Source: an uncultured Bacteriovoracaceae bacterium (GTDB lineage Bacteria > Bdellovibrionota > Bacteriovoracia > Bacteriovoracales > Bacteriovoracaceae). From it: a stretch of DNA of 64,000 nt. Below are positions 9,255 to 18,285 of this stretch, piece after piece. The translations under genes were made by a program, and so were the position numbers. The stretch lies in assembly GCA_964012805.1 (NCBI GenBank), contig CAXGUD010000001.1, forward strand, positions 192,001 to 256,000, in the 5' to 3' direction. The first letter of the stretch is position 1; every line of letters begins with the position of its first letter. The notes below the pieces were generated by a model that was not told the DNA's origin, searched no databases, and saw only the letters and a list, made by a program, of their open reading frames with translations.

Positions 9255-9845
9255 TCATTGAGGAATAACTTCATTAGCTAACTCTTCTTTTTTTGTCTTT
9301 ATTTTATTCTTCTCCAGTATGAGAATTAGGTCTTCAATAATTTTTCTTATGTCATCACCAATTTTGTAATGGAGAACTTTATTTTGAAAGTTCAAACCTT
9401 CAAAAACTTTATAAATATGCTCCTCAAGTAAAAAAGATTTCTCCTTGGTCTCTAACCGCCCAAATTGCTGGTAGTCAGTATCCTCTGGGTGGTGAACCTG
9501 GATAACAACTTCATAGCTATTTATTTTTTCATAAGCTATCTTTTCAAGAACGGCTTGCTCCATCTTTTTATAAAAGGATGAATAGAAATACCCGTTACAG
9601 AGTGGCGACTCACAAATAACAAAGTCCATTGGGCCCTTCTCAAAAATCTCTTCAAGACCCTGCTGCTCCAATGTATTTTGAATATCAAAACCTAACTGTG
9701 TAAAATCATCGCCGCGATAAATTTTATATTTCACAAGCTCAGGCACTATTTCTACCTTAAACTTCAATATTTTCAAAAAGTAGAAAAGGCCAGTTGCCAA
9801 AGTCGACTTTCCTACCCCTGGTGGTCCAACAATTGCTATTTTCAC
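9255..9845 (-). CDS. P-loop ATPase/kinase, NadR/AAA_28-like
   Basis: N-terminal IAIVGPPGVGKST Walker A, VPELVK, VICESP; GAGG RBS. Confidence 0.7.
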   Translation of the reverse strand: MKIAIVGPPGVGKSTLATGLFYFLKILKFKVEIVPELVKYKIYRGDDFTQLGFDIQNTLEQQGLEEIFEKGPMDFVICESPLCNGYFYSSFYKKMEQAVLEKIAYEKINSYEVVIQVHHPEDTDYQQFGRLETKEKSFLLEEHIYKVFEGLNFQNKVLHYKIGDDIRKIIEDLILILEKNKIKTKKEELANEVIPQ

Positions 9846-10106
9846 AAAAACTTCCTCCTGTTTTCTTTTATCATGGACTCACACCTCTTTTCATTATTTT
9901 TTCTTAGAATTTTTTTCTTCTTTGCATTATGTTCGACATGACAATTTAAACCACTTTTGAAGGAACTATCGCATTAACTTTACTTTTTTGGAAATTGGCA
10001 AAGCGTAAGAGGCATGCGGTCTACCACAAGGTAGACCTATCTTGGATATGATTAGAAATAGGACTTAATAATTAAGAGGATCAAATAAAGGGTGAAGTTA
10101 CGCCTT

Positions 10107-10631
10107 TTAGAAAAAGTCTTGAGACCAAGGCATTATTGGCTCTTTGCCAAAAGAAATGATGGCAAATACTGGCCCTAGATGACTCTCCATTGGATAGACT
10201 TTCAACTTAATGTCAGAATCAATCTTAAATATTGAAGGTCTTCCAAAGAAAGACATTGGAAATGTAGACTCTATGTCTTTTTTATTGGACTCGTAGTACT
10301 TGGCCTTAATATTCCCCATAATCATATTGAGAAATTCGCCTGAGGCATCCGTCGTCTGATCATCAAACTCTGTAACCTCTTCCCCAAACATAGCAGATAT
10401 ATATTTAAGGTAAGAAGGTTTAGAAAAACAAATTCCAACACTACAATTGACATCTTCAGCACTTAAGTACGTCATAGAAGTCACATCAGTTTGGCCTTGC
10501 CCTCCCCACTCTTCTCCCTCTTTGTAAGTTTCAGAGTCTTTAAGCTCAACCTTGGCGGAACATTGGAAATTAAAAACTTTTTTTACAGTTTCTAGTATGA
10601 CTTCTTGAAAATCTTCTTCTTCCATCCTCAA
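10107..10631 (-). CDS. CheX-like chemotaxis phosphatase domain protein
   Basis: DASGEFLNMIMGNIK (ExxN catalytic motif). Confidence 0.8.
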   Translation of the reverse strand: MRMEEEDFQEVILETVKKVFNFQCSAKVELKDSETYKEGEEWGGQGQTDVTSMTYLSAEDVNCSVGICFSKPSYLKYISAMFGEEVTEFDDQTTDASGEFLNMIMGNIKAKYYESNKKDIESTFPMSFFGRPSIFKIDSDIKLKVYPMESHLGPVFAIISFGKEPIMPWSQDFF

Positions 10632-10722
10632 TTTCCTTGGTCTTATTACATTGGCCTTAATTAATAGTAATGGCCTTTTTCTTTTTTTTCCACCCCTAAG
10701 GATTGATCATTTTATAACCACT

Positions 10723-10749
10723 TAATCGGAAGATAAATTTCAAGATTTA
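10723..10749 (-). promoter_or_regulatory. Sigma-28 (FliA)-like promoter upstream of CheX-like gene
   Basis: Minus strand reads TAAA-N15-TCCGATTA. Confidence 0.6.
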
Positions 10750-10790
10750 GAAAAAACTTAAAATGTTTCAGTGTTTCCCGTGCGCTTCAA

Positions 10791-11435
10791 TCAGCTATAA
10801 CTCACTTCACTAAAATTAATGCCTTGATTTCTAACGCCACTCACCAGACAATAACAAAGATTTTTTATACGCTTTAGGCTATCTTCCTTGTTGATCGCAC
10901 TTCCTTCAGAAACTTTTGCATAATTCGTCTGGAGTACAACAAACTCCCAGACAATATTATTAAATAGGGTCCTCATAATCCACTCTCTCTTCCACTCTTC
11001 AACTTCAAAACCCAGATCATTATCAACAATTTTCTTAAAGGTTTTTCCACCTGGAGGTCCAATATAGTTTTCTTGATCACCATTTAAATTGGCAGGCAAA
11101 GACACCCCATCGTTAAAGAAGATCTGAAAGGCTGAGTAAAACTCTTCCTTTCTTTCATCTAAAAGTTCAAAAACTTTTAAAGAAAACTCTTCAATGGACC
11201 AGGATTCCCTTTCTTTGTATAAAAGCTCAAGACTGTCAGAAAAGTTTTTAAAATTAAGAAGAAAAATTTCTGCTAACAAGTTCTTTTTACTTTTGAAGTA
11301 GTAATTAATTGATGCTAAATTAACTGAGGCTTTCTTTGCTATTTCACGCACGGAGGTCGACTCGAAACCAACTTCTGAAAAGAGGGCTCTGGAAGCTTCA
11401 ATAATCCTGTTCTTTGCTGTTTCTTTCTTCTCCAA
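10791..11435 (-). CDS. TetR/AcrR-family transcriptional regulator
   Basis: RIIEASRALFSEVGFESTSVREIAKKASVNLASINYYFKSKKNL N-terminal HTH. Confidence 0.93.
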   Translation of the reverse strand: MEKKETAKNRIIEASRALFSEVGFESTSVREIAKKASVNLASINYYFKSKKNLLAEIFLLNFKNFSDSLELLYKERESWSIEEFSLKVFELLDERKEEFYSAFQIFFNDGVSLPANLNGDQENYIGPPGGKTFKKIVDNDLGFEVEEWKREWIMRTLFNNIVWEFVVLQTNYAKVSEGSAINKEDSLKRIKNLCYCLVSGVRNQGINFSEVSYS

Positions 11436-11552
11436 AGTTTCCTCCTCACAAAAAAACTGGAAATTATTATTATTTTAATACCCAATCTAATAAATTTTAT
11501 TTAATTTGTCGATAAATTCAAATCATTTTAAAAATAAACAAGGGTAATTGAC

Positions 11553-11567
11553 ATAAACGGAGTTTAT
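11553..11567. promoter_or_regulatory. Possible TetR operator (inverted repeat) next to a TTGACA box
   Basis: ATAAAC-GGA-GTTTAT, overlapping the last base of TTGACA (11548-11553), in the divergent TetR/START intergenic region. Confidence 0.3.
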
Positions 11568-11783
11568 TTTTTTATTAATAAAATGAGTTATTTTTTTGGC
11601 AATAAATAAAATACATTAAAACACAGCTGTTTTTGGCACGTATTTCTTAACATTTCTCAATAAATTCCCAAGAGTTTTAGGATTAGCTAAAATTCGACTA
11701 TAATATTTAGGTGTTCTTTATTGCTTGAATTACTAAGTTTGGACTCCCTTTAAGGAAGTTGGACCTCACTGGCAGACTTTTTA

Positions 11784-12599
11784 ATGATGAACACAATGTT
11801 TAGAAAACTTCATATTTTTATCATTATTTTTACAGGGCATACTGCTGTATTCAGTTTTGGAGAAACTCCTTCTTCACAAGACAATTTAAAAATTGAACTT
11901 CATTCACCAAAAATCAAACAAAAAGAGTTTTTTATTATTGGCCGAATTGAAAAAACATTTGAACACATTCAATGGGAAGATGTCTTAAACAAAGAGGGAA
12001 TTAAAGTACAAAGAAAGAAGATGGATAAAGAATCTATTTTTGCTCTTAAGGCAAGCGGTGTGATAGAGGCTTCGATAGAATCTATCATAACTATTTTTAG
12101 GGACACAAAACAGGCCCACCTGTGGGCCCCTGGGCTGAAACAACGAACACTCTTAAAAAACATCTCCGAACTTGAAGCAGTCGTCTACGACATCCATGAA
12201 ATGCCTTGGCCCTGCCAAGATAGAGACATTGTAATGTTTAATTCCATAAAGCTTTTAACTTCAAGAAAACAAATAGCTCTTATTTCTTCATCCATAGAAA
12301 ACTTCAAACTTGACCCAAAACCAAACAATAAAGTTAGAGCCGAGCTCCATTATAGCTATATCGGACTGACACCCATTTCTAAGGACAAAACACTTATCGA
12401 GTTTTTCATTCACGTAGACCCAAAGGGAAGCCTTCCCAAATGGCTTATTAATCACATTGTTAAAACGAGACCTTATTCTTTTCTTAAAGCAATTGAGAAA
12501 AGTGCTAAAAATACACCTGCGAAATTAGGAAATAGTACTATGAAGTTAGTAGACCGATTAAAGAAAATCCTTTTAATGAAAAAGCTTACTTCTAACTAA
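11784..12599 (+). CDS. START-domain lipid-binding protein, probably exported
   Basis: W....KEGIKV, MPWPCQDRDIV, HVDPKGSLPKWLIN; hydrophobic N-terminus. Confidence 0.85.
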   Translation: MMNTMFRKLHIFIIIFTGHTAVFSFGETPSSQDNLKIELHSPKIKQKEFFIIGRIEKTFEHIQWEDVLNKEGIKVQRKKMDKESIFALKASGVIEASIESIITIFRDTKQAHLWAPGLKQRTLLKNISELEAVVYDIHEMPWPCQDRDIVMFNSIKLLTSRKQIALISSSIENFKLDPKPNNKVRAELHYSYIGLTPISKDKTLIEFFIHVDPKGSLPKWLINHIVKTRPYSFLKAIEKSAKNTPAKLGNSTMKLVDRLKKILLMKKLTSN

Positions 12600-12623
12600 A
12601 TTTCAAGATAAGGAAACAATAAA

Positions 12624-13043
12624 TTAAATATCCTTAATAATTTTTTTCAACTCTTTTGAGCAATGGTTACTCCAACCGAAAGGCTTTTTTGGCCCATCAA
12701 ATGGCTGAAACTCTTTACAAATCCACTCCATTAACTCATGACCTATATGAACTTCTTCATTACAGGTAAACTCAGCAACAAGATGAGCTATTGTTAAAGA
12801 AAAATCACCAAGTTTTTTTGTTGATTCCTTAGCCGCATTTCCATGAAAGTCCATCAGCTTACTATATAAAGTACTCCAATCATTTCCATGCCCTTCTAGT
12901 ATCTGATCCCAACCTGGATTGTTTAAGATCTCTAAATCTTGCTCAGTCATATTACTTATGACTTCATGATATCGATGTATAGCAAAACAATTGAGGAATT
13001 CTACCTCTCTCTCTGAAAAGTTTCCTTCTTCCTTTACAGTCAT
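12624..13043 (-). CDS. Hypothetical protein
   Basis: ORF; start moved to ATG 13043 (AAGGA RBS). Confidence 0.6.
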   Translation of the reverse strand: MTVKEEGNFSEREVEFLNCFAIHRYHEVISNMTEQDLEILNNPGWDQILEGHGNDWSTLYSKLMDFHGNAAKESTKKLGDFSLTIAHLVAEFTCNEEVHIGHELMEWICKEFQPFDGPKKPFGWSNHCSKELKKIIKDI

Positions 13044-13207
13044 TTCCTTAGACCCTTCCTTAGTTAAACCTTTTTGTCCCTCAATACTCCTGTATTTTAA
13101 GCGTAGTCCTAAACAATATAAATGGGGAAGAACTTTTTTCTTGGAGATCAAATTTTCTAAAAAGTGTTAAAATGACTAACAGGTAAAACATGAAAGGAGC
13201 AACCCCT

Positions 13208-13738
13208 ATGGTCCTACCAAAATTTCTTCAAGATAATAATTCAGCCCAAAAGAAAGGCGAAGAGAATAAAAAGCAAGAGTTTAGGGACAAATGCCTAGTT
13301 TTATTGGCCAAGATTAAAGAAAAAAATGAAAAAAGATATCACGAACTTCAGAAAGTTTTTCATAAAAAGTTTGATAAAATTAATATACAAAAGAAATTTA
13401 TTCTTGGTTTTTACGCTCAACTAAAAAAAGAGTTTAGCGATTTAATTGTAAGTAGTTCAGAGAAAATAACTAAGAAAAAAACTAAAGCTGCATCAAAAAA
13501 GAAAGTCACGAAGAAAAAGGTCGTAAAAAAAGCCGCTTCCAAAACCACTAAAAAGAAAACAACAAAAAAGAAAGTAGTGAAAAAAGAAGCAAAGAAGACA
13601 ACCAAGAAAAAGAAAAAGGTTGCTAAAAAAACGACTGCTAAAAAAGCGACAGCTAAGAAAGTAACTACTAAGAAAAAGACCACTAAGACATCAGCTTCAA
13701 AGAAAAAAACATCAACAAAAAAGAAAGCTAAACGTTAA
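13208..13738 (+). CDS. Histone H1-like Lys-rich protein with N-terminal helical domain
   Basis: C-terminal ~90 aa of K/T/A/V/S repeats (KKVTKKKVVKKAASKTTKKK...); AAAGGAG RBS before ATG 13208. Confidence 0.7.
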   Translation: MVLPKFLQDNNSAQKKGEENKKQEFRDKCLVLLAKIKEKNEKRYHELQKVFHKKFDKINIQKKFILGFYAQLKKEFSDLIVSSSEKITKKKTKAASKKKVTKKKVVKKAASKTTKKKTTKKKVVKKEAKKTTKKKKKVAKKTTAKKATAKKVTTKKKTTKTSASKKKTSTKKKAKR

Positions 13739-13755
13739 CTTCATAGAAAAGAATA

Positions 13756-14526
13756 CTATCGAATACCTTTTTCTTTGCAGACCAAATCATAAGCATTCTG
13801 AATTTCGGAAAACTTCTTATTAGCAGTCTTTATCAGCTCTGGTGATAAACCTCTTGAAACCACACGGTCAGGATGATGCTCCATCGCCAATTTTCTGTAT
13901 GTTTTCTTTATCTCATCTTTAGAGGTCATGGGATCCACCCCTAAAATGTCGTAAGCTCTTTGAATTTTATCTGCTTCACTATAAAAGGGTGCAAATGCCC
14001 TTCTTAAATGTTCTGGGGAAAAACCAAAAATAGTGCTTATATTTTCTATAAGCCTCTTTTCTTCTGGGTGAAAATAACTATCTGCATTAGCCAACAAGAC
14101 CATTTGTCCCAATAAGTTTTCTAGAATTTCATGACGGTTCCGAAATATCTCAAAGAATTGTTCAGCATAAACTCTATAACTTTTTGAGTCATCTTTTGAA
14201 GCTCGAAATAGCTTTATGGCAAAAGAGCGCTCAGTAGGCGGCAACTCTAGAACTTCATCCATCAAGTGTTCAATCTGAGATATTTCTTTTTCACAAATTC
14301 TTCCGTCTGCACGGGCCAGCTTTCCAAGAATTGTGAAAGTACAGACAAAAAAATACTGCTGCTCTAACTCATGTGCTTTTGGTTCCATTGTCGGTTGGGG
14401 ACGACCATGCCCCCTTCTATTTTGTTCTTCAAAAAAGTCTCCAAGTGCCACCCCGGCAATGGCACCTAAAGGCCCTAATAAAACAAAACCAATTGTTCCA
14501 CCTAGAAGTTTTCCAATCATAATCAA
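13756..14526 (-). CDS. djlA: Co-chaperone DjlA (TM anchor + TerB-like + J domain)
   Basis: [30 protein letters not shown]...[12 protein letters not shown] (HPD). Confidence 0.88.
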   Translation of the reverse strand: MIMIGKLLGGTIGFVLLGPLGAIAGVALGDFFEEQNRRGHGRPQPTMEPKAHELEQQYFFVCTFTILGKLARADGRICEKEISQIEHLMDEVLELPPTERSFAIKLFRASKDDSKSYRVYAEQFFEIFRNRHEILENLLGQMVLLANADSYFHPEEKRLIENISTIFGFSPEHLRRAFAPFYSEADKIQRAYDILGVDPMTSKDEIKKTYRKLAMEHHPDRVVSRGLSPELIKTANKKFSEIQNAYDLVCKEKGIR

Positions 14527-14549
14527 TTCCCTAAAGCTAACTCATTTCT

Positions 14550-15188
14550 TCAAAAACTCCTACCAGAAGAAAGAGTATACATTAAATAGAAACCCAAAGA
14601 TAAAATAACAACTCCACACAGTCGATTCAATTGGAATAGTTTTTTATGACCTAACTTTGACTCAATCCTATCTACAATTTGAATTAAACACAAAAACCAT
14701 AAAAACACTCCAACTCCTGTGCCGGCGGAAAAAAAGGCTCCCCCAGCACCTTTCATAGAAAAAAAATCAAGTGATTTTATAAAGGCAACGAGCCCTGTCA
14801 GAGTAATTAAAACCGATGGATTAGATAAATAAATGATAACTCCCAATAGAAACTTATTTTTGATGACCTTTGAATCTTTATTTAGACTTATTGAGGAGGA
14901 AAAAGTGCTCAAGTTTTTAAAAGTCTCTTTGAAACCCAAAATGATAAGAATCAAAACTCCCGTCCAATGAAAGGCTTTAACAAAATAATCTGGAATATTG
15001 AAAAAGCTTAGGCCAGAGAGAATAAAAAAAACAGTGATCCCATCCATTATGGCCCCAGCAAACCCTATAGATGACGCTGCACCTCTACCATGGGTTATTT
15101 TGGTTTTCATTACCCAAACGTTAATTGGCCCGATAGGTATCCCCATTAAAAAGCCAACAACAATTCCAACAAGAAGCGGTATGATCAT
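14550..15188 (-). CDS. LysE-family translocator
   Basis: GFLMGIPIGPIN, LSNP motif, about 6 TM segments. Confidence 0.82.
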   Translation of the reverse strand: MIIPLLVGIVVGFLMGIPIGPINVWVMKTKITHGRGAASSIGFAGAIMDGITVFFILSGLSFFNIPDYFVKAFHWTGVLILIILGFKETFKNLSTFSSSISLNKDSKVIKNKFLLGVIIYLSNPSVLITLTGLVAFIKSLDFFSMKGAGGAFFSAGTGVGVFLWFLCLIQIVDRIESKLGHKKLFQLNRLCGVVILSLGFYLMYTLSSGRSF

Positions 15189-15223
15189 AAATCCCTAATT
15201 TTTTTTAATTTAAATAAAAGGAA

Positions 15224-17581
15224 CTAGTCTCTTTTATTAACTTTATTGGCCGTAAAAAGAAAGTAATTATCTTTTATTATAGGAAGCATTACCATACAAA
15301 CGAAGTACATAGAAAGTTGGCCTAAAAGAGAAATCCAAGCGATTCCTCTCAACATTTTAGCTTCTGCAAAAAATAGTGAACTAAAACCCAACAATGTCGT
15401 CATCATGGCCAGTTGAACAGGCTGAGCGACAAATCTCGCACTCTCCAAGGAGTGGCCACCTGTTAGCTCTCGATGTTTAACATGAACCCCCATATCGACA
15501 CCAGCAGCTAAAACAGCAGGAATCATTGCAACATTCATAATCGTAAAGCGAACTTGAAAAAGGCCCATAAGACAAACTAGAAACAAAAGTCCGAGGATTA
15601 GCTGACCTTCTAGTAAGAGTGCTGACTTTACATTTTGAAAGTCTAACCAAAAAATAATAAAGGCCCCGATTAAAAACATCATAAGTACAATACGACCATC
15701 TTTTATAATTTTTTTTAATATTTCTAAAAATACGAGAGTATCACTACCGATTTTAATATCCGGAAATTTCTCTAAAGCAGAATTTAAAACTTTTCCATAC
15801 CTAAAGATTGTTTGGTAGCTTCCTTGCCTTTCTTTTGGATAAATAATAACAATATTACCACTTTTACCAAAAGCACTTCTAAGCTGAATTGGCAGATCCT
15901 CCCTTTTATAGGGCTTTGCTCTCAACCATTTTTTTATTTTTTCAGAGGAAATGCCTGTTTTTTCTTCTAAGTTTTTAGTCTCAACTTTATCTAACCTTTT
16001 TCTTAACTTTTTTAACTTCCTCTCTCTTTTTTTCATATGATCTGGAACAAGATGATAAAGAGAAACAGCTTCTTCAATAATATGACTCCTTTTAGGATCT
16101 AGTAACCATTTCCTCAGTTTTAGAGCTTGGTCTTTATCACGGGTCAGCACAGCAGTAGGTGTCAAAGCCTTTCCAAAAAGTTCATCGGTCAAATCATTAA
16201 ACCATCTCGTTTTTTTTGAAAAGTCATGCATTCTTTCAAAGTTATATTCGAACTCAGCTTTGGTTAGGCCATAAATTAATATAGGAACTATAAATAGAAG
16301 GGGAATTAGCCATTTCTCTGTAAAAGGATAAATTCCGAATAAGTTTCTAAGAGCACGTCCTCTAGTCCTTTCTACTGGTAAAAAATGTGCCATAAAAGGA
16401 AAAAAGAGCATAAAAACGAAATAAATTGAAAGAACACCACAGCCAGCAATAACACCAAGCTCAGAAAAACCTCTAAAGTCACTAAAAGATAAGATAAGAA
16501 AAGCAGACGCGGATGTAATAGCAGCAGAATATAGAACTCTCCCCATTTTTAGGTAGGTCCTTAACATGGCCTCTTCTTTAGTGAGGCCAAAAGAAATATT
16601 TTGATAAAAACGCCTTATAAAATGAATTCCATACTCAGCTCCCAAACCACTTAAAATCGCCAATAAAAAGCCTGTTAAAATATTTATCTGTCCAACAAAC
16701 TGGTGGGCGAATCCCAATGTCCAACCCATGGCAAGGACAACACCAAGAATTGAAAGAAATACTGCCTTGAAAGCTCCAAGACCCATTAAAAGAATGATCG
16801 TTATAGAAAATAAGCTAATCGTACCTGTGAGGACCATGTCCTTTTTGAATTGATCCGTATCATTAATAACCTCAACAAAACGCCCGGAAAGCTCATAAGG
16901 CACATTCTTCTCACCTAGAAAACTATTTAAGCGGGCCTTGATTTCATTGGCCATCTTTTTGGATTTGCCCAGGTCCATTGAATGAAATAGAGGCTTTACC
17001 AGCAACATTGCATACTTTTCATTTTTTGAAAGAAAGTATCTAGAAAAATCTTTTTTAATTTTTAAATTTTTAAAATAATCTAGGGCCTTTTCTTCTTTCT
17101 CCCTTTTAATTTCTTCATCCTCAAGGCCTAAGTCAATAAGGCCACCGTGTCCAAAAAGAGACTTCACATGCTTAATAAGTTTTTTGAACTCACCTCTTTC
17201 CATCAGGTAAAGACTTTTATCCTTTAGAGAATATTCTTCCCTTTCAAAATAAATATACCTGACTCCTTCGATACCATTTAGTGTCTTTTTTATACCAGGT
17301 AGATATTGCTCAGGTTTTTCTGTAGGTCCAACTAAAATGAGAAGATGACCTCCTCCTCCAACTTCATCTGTTACTGATTCCATGTCCGAAACACTTTTGG
17401 AATGCTCTGGTAAAAGGTCAGTTAAAGAAAGTGATACAGGAAGATTAAGACCTTGTGAGATCCCCCATAAAAAAGGAATAAGGACGAGAAAAACCCCAAA
17501 GTACTTGTGCTTCAAGTTGTAGTGCAAGAAACTCTCAATCTTCAGAGACTTTATGATTCGGTAAAAAGAAAATGGTTTCAT
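15224..17581 (-). CDS. MMPL/RND-family transporter (HpnN/MmpL-like)
   Basis: 785 aa; two halves of one TM + periplasmic domain + 5 TM; GLGAEYGIHF and AGVDMGVH motifs; FRGFSELG, MTTLLGFSSL. Confidence 0.88.
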   Translation of the reverse strand: MKPFSFYRIIKSLKIESFLHYNLKHKYFGVFLVLIPFLWGISQGLNLPVSLSLTDLLPEHSKSVSDMESVTDEVGGGGHLLILVGPTEKPEQYLPGIKKTLNGIEGVRYIYFEREEYSLKDKSLYLMERGEFKKLIKHVKSLFGHGGLIDLGLEDEEIKREKEEKALDYFKNLKIKKDFSRYFLSKNEKYAMLLVKPLFHSMDLGKSKKMANEIKARLNSFLGEKNVPYELSGRFVEVINDTDQFKKDMVLTGTISLFSITIILLMGLGAFKAVFLSILGVVLAMGWTLGFAHQFVGQINILTGFLLAILSGLGAEYGIHFIRRFYQNISFGLTKEEAMLRTYLKMGRVLYSAAITSASAFLILSFSDFRGFSELGVIAGCGVLSIYFVFMLFFPFMAHFLPVERTRGRALRNLFGIYPFTEKWLIPLLFIVPILIYGLTKAEFEYNFERMHDFSKKTRWFNDLTDELFGKALTPTAVLTRDKDQALKLRKWLLDPKRSHIIEEAVSLYHLVPDHMKKRERKLKKLRKRLDKVETKNLEEKTGISSEKIKKWLRAKPYKREDLPIQLRSAFGKSGNIVIIYPKERQGSYQTIFRYGKVLNSALEKFPDIKIGSDTLVFLEILKKIIKDGRIVLMMFLIGAFIIFWLDFQNVKSALLLEGQLILGLLFLVCLMGLFQVRFTIMNVAMIPAVLAAGVDMGVHVKHRELTGGHSLESARFVAQPVQLAMMTTLLGFSSLFFAEAKMLRGIAWISLLGQLSMYFVCMVMLPIIKDNYFLFTANKVNKRD

Positions 17582-17685
17582 TTCTTACATGATACCATGA
17601 CCTATGATTGACAAGAAAAAGAAATTTTAGGATGATATTTTTGCTACGCACTAAAGAACCGAATATAGAAACCGAGGAAAATGGA

Positions 17686-18276
17686 TTGGAATACTTCAAA
17701 CAACCTGCGTCATCAACTCTGATTAAAATTCTTATTGCTTTTCTTTTAGTCTCAAAAGGCCAAGCCTCTTTAAGTGTTGAACCAGAGGAAATTGTAAAAA
17801 AAATATTTCAATTGGCCAAGGATAAAGAATTAAAAAGCAGTAAAAAACAACAATTAAAGATTGAAGAAATGTTCAATTTTAAGGTTATGAGTAATGATAT
17901 CTTAGGTAAAAACTCCCTGAAACAAAGTCCTAAGGAAGTCGACTGGTTTCATCAAACCATAAAAGGAATCATAACTAAAACAATTTACCCTAAAGCACCA
18001 AACTTCTTAAATGAGGTAAAAATAGAATACAAAAACATAGAAAAAAATAATTACCGTGCGACAGTCTATTCTATTGTAAAAAGTAAAGGTGAAGAAACAG
18101 AGGTCGATTACAACTTGAAACTTATAAACAATAACTGGAAGGTCGTTAATGTGATTATCGACGATGAAAGTTGGGTGGAAAATATATCTGAAAAGGTTGA
18201 AACAGTCATAAAGAAAAAAAAGTGGAAAGGTCTTAAAAAGCTACTAACAAAGAAATTAAAAGAACTTAAAAAGTAA
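17686..18276 (+). CDS. MlaC/Ttg2D (HpnM-like) periplasmic lipid-shuttle protein
   Basis: FNFKVMSNDILG, EVDYNL...NWKVVNVIIDDESWV; signal peptide; probable TTG start at 17686 after GAGGA. Confidence 0.8.
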   Translation: MEYFKQPASSTLIKILIAFLLVSKGQASLSVEPEEIVKKIFQLAKDKELKSSKKQQLKIEEMFNFKVMSNDILGKNSLKQSPKEVDWFHQTIKGIITKTIYPKAPNFLNEVKIEYKNIEKNNYRATVYSIVKSKGEETEVDYNLKLINNNWKVVNVIIDDESWVENISEKVETVIKKKKWKGLKKLLTKKLKELKK

Positions 18277-18285
18277 AAAATAGTA

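Noticed and set aside
9996..10040. GGCAAA...GGTCTA resembling a c-di-GMP-I (GEMM) riboswitch
   Set aside because: I could not build the P1/P2 architecture (GNRA loop, GCAAA junction, receptor), and no plus-strand gene follows. Kept only as an unexplained hairpin.
13417..13683. 88-aa very hydrophobic ORF (FFLVV repeats) that looks like a membrane peptide
   Set aside because: It is the antisense shadow of the Lys-rich codons of the H1-like gene.
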